Positions 45,424 through 55,677 of a DNA stretch of 64,000 nucleotides are shown in pieces. The notes beneath the pieces are model-generated. The model was not told the DNA's origin. It worked only from the letters and a program-made list of their open reading frames with translations, and searched no databases. Source of the stretch: Protoeuglena noctilucae (Eukaryota); the NCBI GenBank assembly GCA_958009085.1, contig OY253675.1:124001-188000 (forward strand), in the 5' to 3' direction. The position numbers and the translations under genes were made by a program. The first letter of the stretch is position 1. Every line of letters starts with the position of its first letter.

Positions 45424-45840
45424 TCAGATGAGAACGCGGAGAATCACGGCAAAAGCGGCGTGCGTGGCAGAATACGACGCGCCTGTCATATCTGTAATCG
45501 TGAACGTCATGTTCTTGCTTGTGAACGGATATACGGGGATAGGTGCTGTGGGTTGAGAGGCAGCGCCGGAAATAACGTTAGACATATACCCGGTAAGAGG
45601 GTCGAAACTATGGTACAGCTGTAAATCATTTGTGGTAAGCAGGGCGTCGTTTGGCATATTGCAGGTGTTTTCAACCATAAGTCCAAACGGCTTGCCGCTC
45701 ACGGATTCCAGGTGAGGGATGTCGAGATGCACTACTGTACTACTCGAGTTTGCAGGGAATCGAACGATGATACGGAGGGTATGCGTGTGCCTGTCTACTG
45801 TAGGCGTGGGAGCTATCGGCTGTTGCTGAATTGCTGACAT
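45424..45840 (-). CDS. Small beta-rich viral protein, possibly a minor structural jelly-roll
   Basis: Alternating beta-strand pattern, MTFTITDMTG near the C-terminus, upstream TTTTCTAAAG. Confidence 0.6.
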   Translation of the reverse strand: MSAIQQQPIAPTPTVDRHTHTLRIIVRFPANSSSTVVHLDIPHLESVSGKPFGLMVENTCNMPNDALLTTNDLQLYHSFDPLTGYMSNVISGAASQPTAPIPVYPFTSKNMTFTITDMTGASYSATHAAFAVILRVLI

Positions 45841-45937
45841 ATATAACTTTAGAAAAGAAGCTGCGCGATTGGCCTAACAAACTAAGGGGCCGAAGGCCCC
45901 AGTGGGAGAGAAAAACGCTGTAAAGGATTGATGAACT

Positions 45938-46324
45938 ATGTTCATGGAGAAAAACATGACAGTCGTCGAAGCCTGGTGCCCTCTCATGAAGGAGTTCGTT
46001 TTGGTCCCTGCGACCGATACCGACAAGTTCGTGAAATTCAGGGACGATAAGTTATACCCCGTGGACTGGGTTCTATTGACCCGGGGTGATTACGATAAGG
46101 CGAGGGAAATCGCAAATAAGGAGCTACCTGACGTCTATATTTGTAGCGATTACCACATGAGTTGGGAGCACGACGCTGACCAGGCGATAGACCCGGGGCA
46201 CCACAGGCGAGCTGGGTGCGGAATGTGCCAAGCTGCTTACGCCGGTAAGAAGCTTCTCCAGCCCATATTCCCTCCCACTCGTGAGGAGCTTGAGGCGGCG
46301 GGAATTGAGGAGGGAGACATGTGA
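45938..46324 (+). CDS. Viral hypothetical protein, WCP family paralogue
   Basis: MEKNM..AWCPL..DWV..CGMC, similar to 28953-29432. Confidence 0.75.
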   Translation: MFMEKNMTVVEAWCPLMKEFVLVPATDTDKFVKFRDDKLYPVDWVLLTRGDYDKAREIANKELPDVYICSDYHMSWEHDADQAIDPGHHRRAGCGMCQAAYAGKKLLQPIFPPTREELEAAGIEEGDM

Positions 46325-46385
46325 AAGGGGGCTTTTTCCGTATTTTTTAGCGAGGGCTTGTTTACAGGCATCGCTTTTCTTCAAT

Positions 46386-46947
46386 AGGAGGGGGGAGAAA
46401 AACGCCGTAAAGGGTTGCCGACGTAGGGGTATGGTGATGACGACGATTGATAACACAGGCTACGAGCGCGAGTGGGTGAAGTGGGTCGCTCTCTGCGACC
46501 AGCTCCAGTCCACCAGAGACGATATTAGCAAAATGCTGCGCGAGGCAGAGGCCGACGCAGAGGCCTCAGTAGAGGGCTTCACGGCGATGTACCGCAATCT
46601 ATACGACCTGAAGGATGCCGAGCGGAAGATCGCGCGGAGAATCAAGCGACTCGGGCGTGCAGTGTTCTGGCGCTGGGAGCCTCCGTACCTCGGGTAGGGG
46701 CTTTTCCAGGCGTCGTTCAAGGCGTAGGGCGAAGCCCGATGGCCTACGGCCGCGCGATTGTTAGATTTTTTAGCGTAAGCTGATGGCTGCGTGAAGGCTC
46801 GTTGACCGCCGGACCGTTGACCGTTGACTTTACAGTAATATCGGCGTGCGCGTGCCATTACTGTATATGTAATCCTTAGTAAAGAATCCAACCGCCGGAG
46901 CGGCGGCGGCAGCGGCGTGCCGTTCCAGGCGTCGGCTTTCACTAACT
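46386..46947 (-). repeat. Right terminal inverted repeat
   Basis: Reverse complement of 27670-28230. Confidence 0.95.
46431..46697 (+). CDS. TIR-encoded 88-aa protein, second copy
   Basis: Identical to 27920-28186 except one V>A change. Confidence 0.7.
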   Translation: MVMTTIDNTGYEREWVKWVALCDQLQSTRDDISKMLREAEADAEASVEGFTAMYRNLYDLKDAERKIARRIKRLGRAVFWRWEPPYLG

Positions 46948-49260
46948 CGCCTCCCCGTCCATGCCCGCAGCTAACAGGTAGATGCCTCTTCCAACCAGAC
47001 CACACACGCCCTCTAACTCTCTGCACGCACCCTCGTCACTCCTCTCACGATCTCGCCGCTCAGCACCACTCTTGCCCACTCACCGCGCATCACCACTGAC
47101 ATACACACGTTCACCTCTCAATCCCCTCTTTTCTTCCACATGGACCCCCACATAAACCACCTTCCTGCTCAGCACGCATCATCTCCCACCCCTCCTCCTG
47201 CCAGCCCCACGCCACACCCTTCTCACGGACCACGCCCCCCCACACACCTCACCTCACACGCCCAACCAGACTCGCCCATTCCGCAAGCCCTCCTGCCCCA
47301 CGCACTCCCCCCCTAGCTGCACAGGTAAGGCTCAGCACCCTCTCACAGCTAATGCCCAGGTGAGCACACGCACCCCTCAGCGCATCACTCCCCACGCACC
47401 AAGCACCACACACTGATCCAGCACAGCATCTGCACCTCCTGACCTCCCCCAATCACGCACAGACCTCCTCGCATCCTCCCACGACCACCCTCTTTGCCAG
47501 CCGCAGGTCTGGACCCACACCAGCACTCATCCTCCGTCACGCACACCGTCACCTCTTCCTGACCGCAGACCTGGACGGACGCGCACACGCACCCTTGCCT
47601 CACCCCCAGCCCTCTGCAGCCATGCCTCGCAGGCCCTTGGTGTCCCACAGCCGCCAGCGCTCACCCGTGGGGCGTCTGCTCCGTCGCCCTCGCGGCGCGC
47701 CCCGCACACCCACGGTACTGCGCGTGCCGCGTGGCCTCCCCGCCCGTGGTCCTTCAGGGGCTCTGGCGCTGGTCGGGCGGGTCCGCGCGGGGGTCGCCAG
47801 CGCGTCGCCTGTGCTCCAGCCAACGTGAGAGACCAGCCCCGCCGGGGGGGGCTGGCAAAGGGTGCGACGGGGGACAAACGTCGGGGCAGAGCTGGGAGCA
47901 ACGGGTCGAGGGGCTCAGGCAGTGGCAGAGAGACGTGGCGCCCGTGGGGTGGAACGCCGGGGATGTCGTGGGAACACCCGGCAGTGGCGCAGAACGGACC
48001 AGGCGCCACAGGATCAGAGAGCGGTGTGGCTGCGACGAGGCGGGGAGAGTGGGAGCGCAAGCGGGGCCGGAGGGCCTGTCTTTGGGAGTCTGCTGAGGAG
48101 GCCCTGCAGGAGAGCAACGGAAGGCGAGGGGTGCTGGCGCCCGGCATGGTGGCGCTGGCGGGGGCGACCCCTCGCACGACACACAGCAGGGCAGCGGGCT
48201 TTTGGGGGCGGGCGCGATGGCAGCGCGACAAGAGCGAGCGGCGGCGGCGAGAGTAACACAAGGGGCATCGAATGGTGTGGGTGGGCATGGGCTGGGCGAC
48301 ACAGGGGTGTCGGGTGTTTTGGGGGGCGACGGGGGCGCGAGGCAGGCCACGGTTATCAGGGCGCGCGGGTGCGCGGAGCGGGAGGTGGGCCAAGGTCGTC
48401 AGCGTTAAAGGGCCAGGGTCGCCACAGCGTCGGTTGAAGGTCGTCAGCGCATTCGGCCAAGGTCGTCAGCGCGATAGGCCAAGGTCGTCAAAACGATGGG
48501 CCAAGGTCGTCAGCGTGATGGGCAAAGGTCATCTGGGCGTGTGGGGGCGAGGAGTTGAGGGACGGGCCCAGGCCGACGGACGCGGGAGAGGACGGGCCAA
48601 GGGCCAAGGTCGACGTGCGGGAGCGAGGAGCGGGGTCGCGTCGTGGGTCTCTGGGCACACGGCCGAGTGGGTCGTGCCGGCGCACGCACCCGGAGCGGGG
48701 CGGTCTGGGGCGGTCCACATGAGAGGCGGCCGGTCCTCCGGGGCGCAGCGCGGGCGACGCGGGGCGCCCAGGGGCAACGCTGCGCCCCCCAAGGAACGCC
48801 GTCTGCGTTCGGACCGCCCCCACCGCCCTCGCGTCCGGGCCAGCGTGGCCGGGTGGGCGAGCCAGCCGGGCCGCCTGAGGAGGATGGGAGGAGGGTAGGG
48901 AGCGGGGGATGTCATGATTGGGCGCACATAAGCTACACAGATCGTCATTAGCCTCGGCCTCACCTTTTGTAATAGACGCCCGGGGGTCTCCACGGAGGGC
49001 CCCCGCGGCTGCATCGTCCCACTCTGGGGTGGCGATTGTGCCTTCGGGCGCAGCGAGGGGGCTAGGGGTGCCAGAGCCCGGGGCGGGCGACCCCTGTGCC
49101 TTGGGGTGGGGCAACCTAGCGGGGGCGGGCCCCGTGCCATATGCACTGCACGATGGAAACCCCGGGGTGTCAGCTGCCCCGGGGGACAGCACTTCTGCCG
49201 CCAGGCGTGGCTCTGAGAGTCATAGCACCCCTCGACTGTTGAATCGCTCATCATCATCAT
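46948..49260 (+). mobile_element. LINE family B 3' region right of the PLV, ending in (CAT)n
   Basis: Inverted match to 16735-19044; ends CTCATCATCATCAT. Confidence 0.8.
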
Positions 49261-50814
49261 GGCTGACGCTGGCCGACGCGCGTGCCACCGCATCGCACTG
49301 CTACTGGCTCGACCTCACCACGTGCCCCCTCCTCCGCAGGGATGGCGAGCAGTGCTCCCACGACGACACGGTCGCCCACGCCTTCTGGGCCTGTGACAGG
49401 GCCCAGGAGGTGTGGGAGACGGTCAAGGCGGCCGCGCGAGCCCCGGCCCTCTCGGCGCGGGCGGTGTTCCACCTGGTCCCCCCTCCCTCCAGCCGTTTCA
49501 CGCAGTACTCGTGGGCGGTCATCGTGGGCGCGGCTTTCAAGCTCATCTGGAGGCGCCGCCAAGAGCTTCGGGAGAACTGGCGCTCCCCGTCGACGCCCGC
49601 AGGCCTCTATGCCCAGCTTGGCGCCATCGTGGCAGCCGAGGTCCAAGACACTCTGGCTGTCACTGGGGCAGGGCGCCTTGCTGCTCTGCTGGGGGAGCGG
49701 GGGGACCGGCTCGTCCCCGCCCACGCAGATGGCGGCAGGTTCGAGTGGGGAGGCTTCCCGGCTGCCGCGTGAGCGGCGGGGCAGGTCCGCGTTGCAGGGC
49801 CACGTGGGAGGGCGTCCCAGGGGCAGTGTCAGCCGCCGCGCAGGTAAGTCCCAGGTGAGGCCGCAACAGGTGGGGGCTCGCCAGCGTATTCCATGGCGCC
49901 ATATGCATGCTTTGCTCTGTCCTGGCGCAGCTGTACACCTTCTGCTGGCGGGGGACGTGCTAGGCTGCCACGGCAAGGTGCGCCCCACCGGGTCTGCTAG
50001 ATGGCACTCCTGTGATGGTGTGGGTAGCCTGCTCGCGCATGCGCGGGACGTGGTGAGTACTTCACATTGCGGTATCGCCTGGACGTGCAGGAGTTCAAGG
50101 TCGCCGGCCCTCCAGGGTTCTAAAGCCCGGGTTCGGCCCCGCGGGACAGCCGGCTGCCCGTCGGCGCTCGTCTCGGGGTGCCCGCAAGGAAACCTCGGGC
50201 GGGCGCCGGCGGGCGGGAGCCTAGTAGAGTCGGGAGCAGTAGTCGAGGGTTTCACGTCATGTTCGGAGTGCTGCAGAGGCTGCGGCGCCCCCCTCGTGGG
50301 ACAGAACGGGGGACCCAGGTCCCCGAGATCCGGTCCCCCCAGTCCCTTGGGGCTGCCTTCACCGCACGCGTTCAGGTGGCCTAACGACGCTGCCGCCCCC
50401 GGGACGCTTTGCAAAGCCCCCACGCACTCTGGGAGTGTGGTTCCCAAGGGGCCAGTGGGGGGGGTTCGCCCCCCTGTGCCCGGCGCTCTTGGCTGGTTAT
50501 GATGACCCCGAAGCCGTGCTCAGTGTTCACGAAGGGTGTGCGCACCCTCGTGCCGCGGTTGACCCACGCTCTGACCCTGCCGGTGTCAGACGTGTTCGGG
50601 CTGAACCATTACGCCTCGAGTCTTGGGGGGGTTACGCCTTGAGCAGCACTCTCTGAGTGTGGATCCCTAGGGGCCAGTGGGGGGGTTCGCCCCCCTGTGC
50701 CCGGCACCCGCGGCGGGAAATGACGAGCTCGAGATCGTGGTCCCTCACGGGTCACGGTTGGTGTCCAGAGAAGTGAGAGGCGCCCGCGTCTGGCACCAGG
50801 TGCTGACGTGTCGA
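49261..50814 (+). mobile_element. 5'-truncated LINE family A copy
   Basis: Near-identical to ~24898-26237, with an extra ~220-bp subunit at ~50425-50645. Confidence 0.85.
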
Positions 50815-51097
50815 GCTCCGATCCCGCCGCGGGTTTTTTTTTTTTTTCTTTTTTTTAAACCGGCCATGGCGGCAGCTAGCTGGATACGACGCCTGGAACG
50901 CGGCGGGGGGCGGCGAGCGCGGAGCGGCGAGTGGAGTCTTTTCTCCAAAGGTATTACTTGGATTAGTAATGGCGCCGCGCGGCGGCGCCAGCGTTGACCG
51001 TTGAAATTACGGCCTTTGGCCACCGTCAAATTTATTCCCACGCGCCCCATAAAATTATTCCAACGGCGCCTATCGCCTTGAACGACGCCTGGAACCC

Positions 51098-51727
51098 CTA
51101 CGGGCACCTCCGCCGCAGCTTCACCAGCAGCACGGCGATTTCCTCCTGAATTTCGTCCTCACGTTGGGGGTTGGGGGGCGTAGGGCATAGCCCACTGACC
51201 TTCGGTCCCCCAACCCTAAGGCCGTCGAGCTCTTCGCGGAGTTCCTTGAGGCGCCGAATACGTTCTGCGTGCTTCGCGCGCGCCTTGTCCGTGAGCCTCA
51301 CCACACGCTTCACGTGTGTGTCCCACGGTATCTCGGGCTGCAGGGGCGTAGGGCATAGCCCACTGACCTTCGGTCCCCCCATGGGCTGGCCGTCACATAC
51401 CCACCTGTCGGCGTCCAGGGCGATTACCTCCCACCGCCGCTTGTCGAAGGCGTCGGCGAAGGCGTTCCTGAGCCCCAGCTTATAGCCGCGTTGCATCAGC
51501 TGATAGTCGGAGTCGTCTACGACGACCCGGACGAGCTCGTCGTCGTGAGCGCCGTACACTACGATGTAGTGCTCGGGCTCGGTCGTCAGCCTAACTACCT
51601 GGTTCGTACGGGGACACCAGTACGTCTTGCTCGCTAAGTCAGCTATGCGCTCGCAGAGGTCGAAGCACAGAGGCGTCGAGCTCATGAGCACGTCGAGGGC
51701 TTGGTCGCGGGTAGTCATCACTGCCAC
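51098..51727 (-). CDS. WCP-family viral protein carrying a duplicated GGPKVSGLCPTP insert
   Basis: TPLCFDLCE..YWCP, homologous to 28953-29432. Confidence 0.7.
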   Translation of the reverse strand: MAVMTTRDQALDVLMSSTPLCFDLCERIADLASKTYWCPRTNQVVRLTTEPEHYIVVYGAHDDELVRVVVDDSDYQLMQRGYKLGLRNAFADAFDKRRWEVIALDADRWVCDGQPMGGPKVSGLCPTPLQPEIPWDTHVKRVVRLTDKARAKHAERIRRLKELREELDGLRVGGPKVSGLCPTPPNPQREDEIQEEIAVLLVKLRRRCP

Positions 51728-51747
51728 ACTCCTACTCCGGCAACCCT

Positions 51748-51930
51748 TTACGGCGTTTTTCTCCCACGTCTATACCGTTCCTTTGAACGCTGAATCGTGG
51801 CTTCACGGTACTCCTGGTTTTCCGAATATCGGGCCTTTGCTTTCGCGAGAATACGTTCTCGATTGGCTTGGTAACAGCGTTTGTGCTGGGGTAGATAAGA
51901 AGACTTCTTGGGTTCTTCTTCTTTGCTCAT
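51748..51930 (-). CDS. Small basic viral protein (homologue of 28207-28386)
   Basis: Near-identical protein sequence. Confidence 0.75.
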   Translation of the reverse strand: MSKEEEPKKSSYLPQHKRCYQANRERILAKAKARYSENQEYREATIQRSKERYRRGRKTP

Positions 51931-51951
51931 ATAAAAAAAGGGATAAAAATG

Positions 51952-52200
51952 TTATGACGGTCTGAATCCACGCGAACCGTTTGACCACGGTAGCATTCTA
52001 CCTGGCGTCCGGATGTCATTCGCCATGGCGTCGAAGGACGTATAGTTTACGTCCGACGTTCTCGCGGGCGTGCCTCCAAACCACTGTTCGAAATGAGCCC
52101 TGTTCTTGTCCCACTTCGCTTGGGTGTAGTTGATAAAGATTCCGAGCTCTTTATCGTTGGCGTCGTAAAGCATCGTGTACCGCGTCTTACCCATATACAT
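51952..52200 (-). CDS. Viral hypothetical protein (homologue of 28408-28650)
   Basis: MGKTRY.MLYDANDKELGIFIN conserved. Confidence 0.78.
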   Translation of the reverse strand: MYMGKTRYTMLYDANDKELGIFINYTQAKWDKNRAHFEQWFGGTPARTSDVNYTSFDAMANDIRTPGRMLPWSNGSRGFRPS

Positions 52201-52274
52201 GGATAACAAAAAAAGCTTTACGGTGTTTTTTCTCCCACCCTGAACACCCCGTTAAAAAATTTTTTACCATAAAT

Positions 52275-52445
52275 ATGCTAAACAAAATTAAGATGCATCT
52301 TAAAGATGGGTCTACAGTGCTCATGGATAGGGTATTTAACTTAGATATACCTGAGGACCTTGGTATAGAGTTGGAAAGTGACCTCGCATGGGATAAAGCA
52401 ATGTGGCCAGTCTCTGACTTCTTCGCAAAGCTCGGTGAAGGTAGC
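52275..52445 (+). pseudogene. Truncated homologue of 28748-29005
   Basis: Homology ends at FFAKLGE, where it joins the host repeat. Confidence 0.7.
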
Positions 52446-53675
52446 TTACGAGGGGTCGCCCAGGTCGCCCCGCCAGCGCCGCCGTCCCGGCGCCAGCACC
52501 CCTCGCCATCCGTTGCTCTTCTGCAGGGCCTCTTCAGCAGGCGCGCCCAGAGCGCCGAGCCACTGGGGGGTCTCCTGGACCTCGGGGGTGATGCCGGTTT
52601 GCTTCGAAAAGGATGGGGGCTCGGGGACCGTGCAGGGGAGCGCGCGGAGGGGAGGGCCGCGTAACTCTGACACGGATGTTCGGGGCGGCCCTTAGTGCGG
52701 TTTGTATTGAACAATTCACGTTCATTGTACTATTTAAGTGAGCTCGTCAATGGGGTGCATTCCCCTGCCCTCTCGGTGCGAACAGTGTTCCACCTGGCCC
52801 CCTGCCAGCCGGTTCTCGCCGTACACATGGGCGGTGGAGACGAGGAGGCATTCACATGCCGTGTGTTGGCAGTGTCGTTGGCCTGGGTGGGACGCCGCAA
52901 GGCAGGGATGGATCGCGGCTGAGCAGGCCACTCCAGGGGTGGCGAGATGGTGGTGGCACACTAGGACAGGGGGCACGCGCTGTCTGGCACATTGTTGGCA
53001 TCCCAGACCCTCCCTTGGTCGCGCCGATCCCGCCCGTACATGCAACCAAGGTTCATCGACACGTCCAGCTGAGTCAGGGACGCCGAGCACTTGGTGGAGC
53101 GCGCCAGGCCACGCGTACGGCCGCCCTCGGCGTGGATCAGGTTGTCCCTGGGGTGCAGGGCAGAGCACAGTTGAATGCAGCGCAATGAATGAATGCGTAT
53201 GACAAAGTCACATAGCGACATGCATCGACTGCCACCCAACGGCGGCCCCGTGTTCCATGGCGCACGCCCGACCCTCTCTCGTGACCAATCGCCCCCATCG
53301 CACCACCTGCCCACACGGCCCTCCGCGCGTGCACAGCTCCACTGCACTGTCGCTCACCCACGCCGGCCCGCCCCACCGGTCGGGCTGCCTCTTCAGGATG
53401 CCCGGCTTGTTCGGCGTGCTGCCGCTGAACCAGCCGCGCGCCCCTCTCTCATGCGCCAAACCTCCCCAGCACCCGCACCGCTGCCGCCCACCACTGCGCC
53501 GGCGCCGGTCCCTTGGCCGCCTGCACTCTGCAGCGCAGTCAGTAGCACTCAAACCCACGCTTGCGGCTGCCCGTGCCCGCCACTGCCACTGCCACCTCCC
53601 GCACCCATCCGCACGCTGCAGCACATGCCGACTCTGTTCCACGCCCCCACACCACGCCCTCACCTCGCAAGGGTG

Positions 53676-54665
53676 GTCAGCCGGGCTGGCTACCGCTCCG
53701 CTAGGCCCGCAGCTCCGCCACTATGCGCTCCACCAGCCCCGCCTCCCCGCCCGTGTTGACCAGGTCCGCGCCATAGTCGGCCATCCGCAGCACCGCCTCG
53801 GCTGCGTGCGGGAAGTCGCTTGCAGCAACGCCAACGGGTGTCATGCCCTCCCTCGTCCGCGCCTCCAGGTCTGCCCCGGCGTCCAGCAGCACGTCTACGC
53901 ATGCGGCGTGCCTGACCCAATGCAGGGTGTCCAGCCAGACGGGTCACAAGCGGTGGCGTCCGCCCCTGCCGCCAGCAGCAGCCGCGTCATCTCGACTGCC
54001 GCTTCCACTAGGTCAGCTTGCACCGGGCATGGAAGAGGAGCGTGCCACTCTGATTTGGCCATTAGCGCAGGCCGTGAGGAGTGGGAAGCTGTTGTCCCCA
54101 TCGCCCTGGATGCTTACCCCACACGCCATCAGCCACCGGACCGCCTCCCCATTCGCTGCAAAATGCATCGCGGTGCGTCTGTTTACGGCGATCATGTTGG
54201 CCCCCAGATCCACCAAAGCCTCCATTGCGGCCAGGTTGCCCCTATATGCTGCAAGATGGATGGCCGTCCAGCCCCCAGAACCAAGTGCGGTCACGTCCGC
54301 CTCCGCCTCCGCCAGTCGCCTCACGATGCCCGGCGTTGGTAGGCCATCGCACATCGCTACCATCGTCTGATCCCGGCCATCGCACCCAACCTTGGCCGAC
54401 GCCCCCGCCTCCAGCAGCGCCTCCACCACCGCCTCGTGACCCTCACGCCCGGCATGCACCACCGCCGTCCACCACTCCCTATCATCATCACCTATTGCCG
54501 CATCCACCTGCGCCCCCGCTGCCAGGCACGCCTTCACCGCCTCCAGGCAGCCCCCCCCCGCACAGTACGTCATCAGCGGCCACGCTTCCTGCAGCCGCCG
54601 GTTAACATCCGCCCCCATCCCCACCGCCACCCGCACCATCCGCGCCACCTCCTTGTCCCCCAGCG
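53676..54665 (-). pseudogene. Ankyrin paralogue, copy 3 (no F-box, frameshifted)
   Basis: ALGDKEVARMVR.. homology starts abruptly. ORF is split at ~54013 and ~53900. Confidence 0.8.
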
Positions 54666-55677
54666 CGGCCTGGGATTGCCAGTGCGCCGCCGTCTGCGTC
54701 GATGCGCGCGTCGGCCGGGCCATCCGTCAGCGAGTGTTTCCGATCGCGTCCCTGCAATAGACGATCGCCCTGGGATGCGCGCAGGCAGCCGACAGCACGC
54801 GCGTCTGTGATGTCTACCCAGCCCCTTCTGCCTGATGGGATGGCAGAGGCGCGGGTCTGTGACAGTGCAGCACTTCCGTCTTGTGTGACGGTGGCAAAGG
54901 CCGCCGTGTCGAAAGTCCACCCAACGTGCGCCCAGTCTCTGCGCCCGCCCTGGGCACCTCCACGCCCAGTGCCGCACTGCCCCATTCAGGCCCCGCGACA
55001 AAGCCCATTGGAGCACTTACTCAGCTGAGCTGACAGCGAAGGTGGCAAGACAACAGCCGTCGCGTTGCAGCTGGCCACGCTCTGATGGTGGCGCATGCGC
55101 CTCACAGGCAACAAGGTGAAGGCGGTCTGATTCATCCCGCTAATGCGCGTTGGCAGGTACAAGGAACGACGACGACAACGCCTGCCGCCCCACGACGCAC
55201 ACCGTCCCACGAGAGGCTGCGGGACACGTGCGTATGAGGACACACGCATAATGCTCACGCGCATTGCCATAACAAGACATGCACCTGGCACTCCCATGCC
55301 CGACGCTCAGGCTACACTTGCCCGCGCTCCAACCCCGGGACAGCAGGGGCCCGTCTGCACGCGTCAGTTGCGCGTCCACACCCACACCCCCGGCGACAAC
55401 CACGGCCCATGCTGGGGCGCTGACGGGGCCTGGGGGCGGCATGGGTCACTCGTTGTTGCGCACAGGCGGCGTTGTGAGGCATGGGCTGGGCCGACGGGGC
55501 TCGGTGACGGGGCTCGCCCCACAGTCAGGCACAGCAGGAGCAGTGACCGTGCTTAACCCATGGCACAACTGCTGCCCCTACCCTGGCGTCTCCAGCCCCC
55601 ACCTGCACGCTGCACCACGCACGATGCACCACGTGACGCACGCTGTGCCCACCACGCACCCCACCTGGCACCCGCAG

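Larger units (their letters stand above)
27670..46947. mobile_element. Endogenous Polinton-like virus, complete ends, 19,278 bp
   Basis: AGTTAGT..ACTAACT termini, long TIRs, CGCC duplication at 27666-27669 and 46948-46951, abrupt drop in GC, dense intronless ORFs (integrase, PolB, helicase, MCP, ATPase, lipase, Tlr6F). Confidence 0.95.
50874..52445. mobile_element. Truncated left end of a second, diverged PLV
   Basis: AGCTAGCTG terminus, CGACGCCTGGAA motifs, four ORFs with three syntenic to 28207-29005; breaks off at ~52445. Confidence 0.88.

Noticed and set aside
27670..46947. Bacteriophage or contaminant contig misjoined to host DNA
   Set aside because: The precise target-site duplication, the empty-site copy and related remnants nearby indicate true integration.
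52740..52860. Degenerate LINE C-terminal fragment (VFHL..RFSPYTWAV)
   Set aside because: Probably real but too short and decayed to delimit as a feature.
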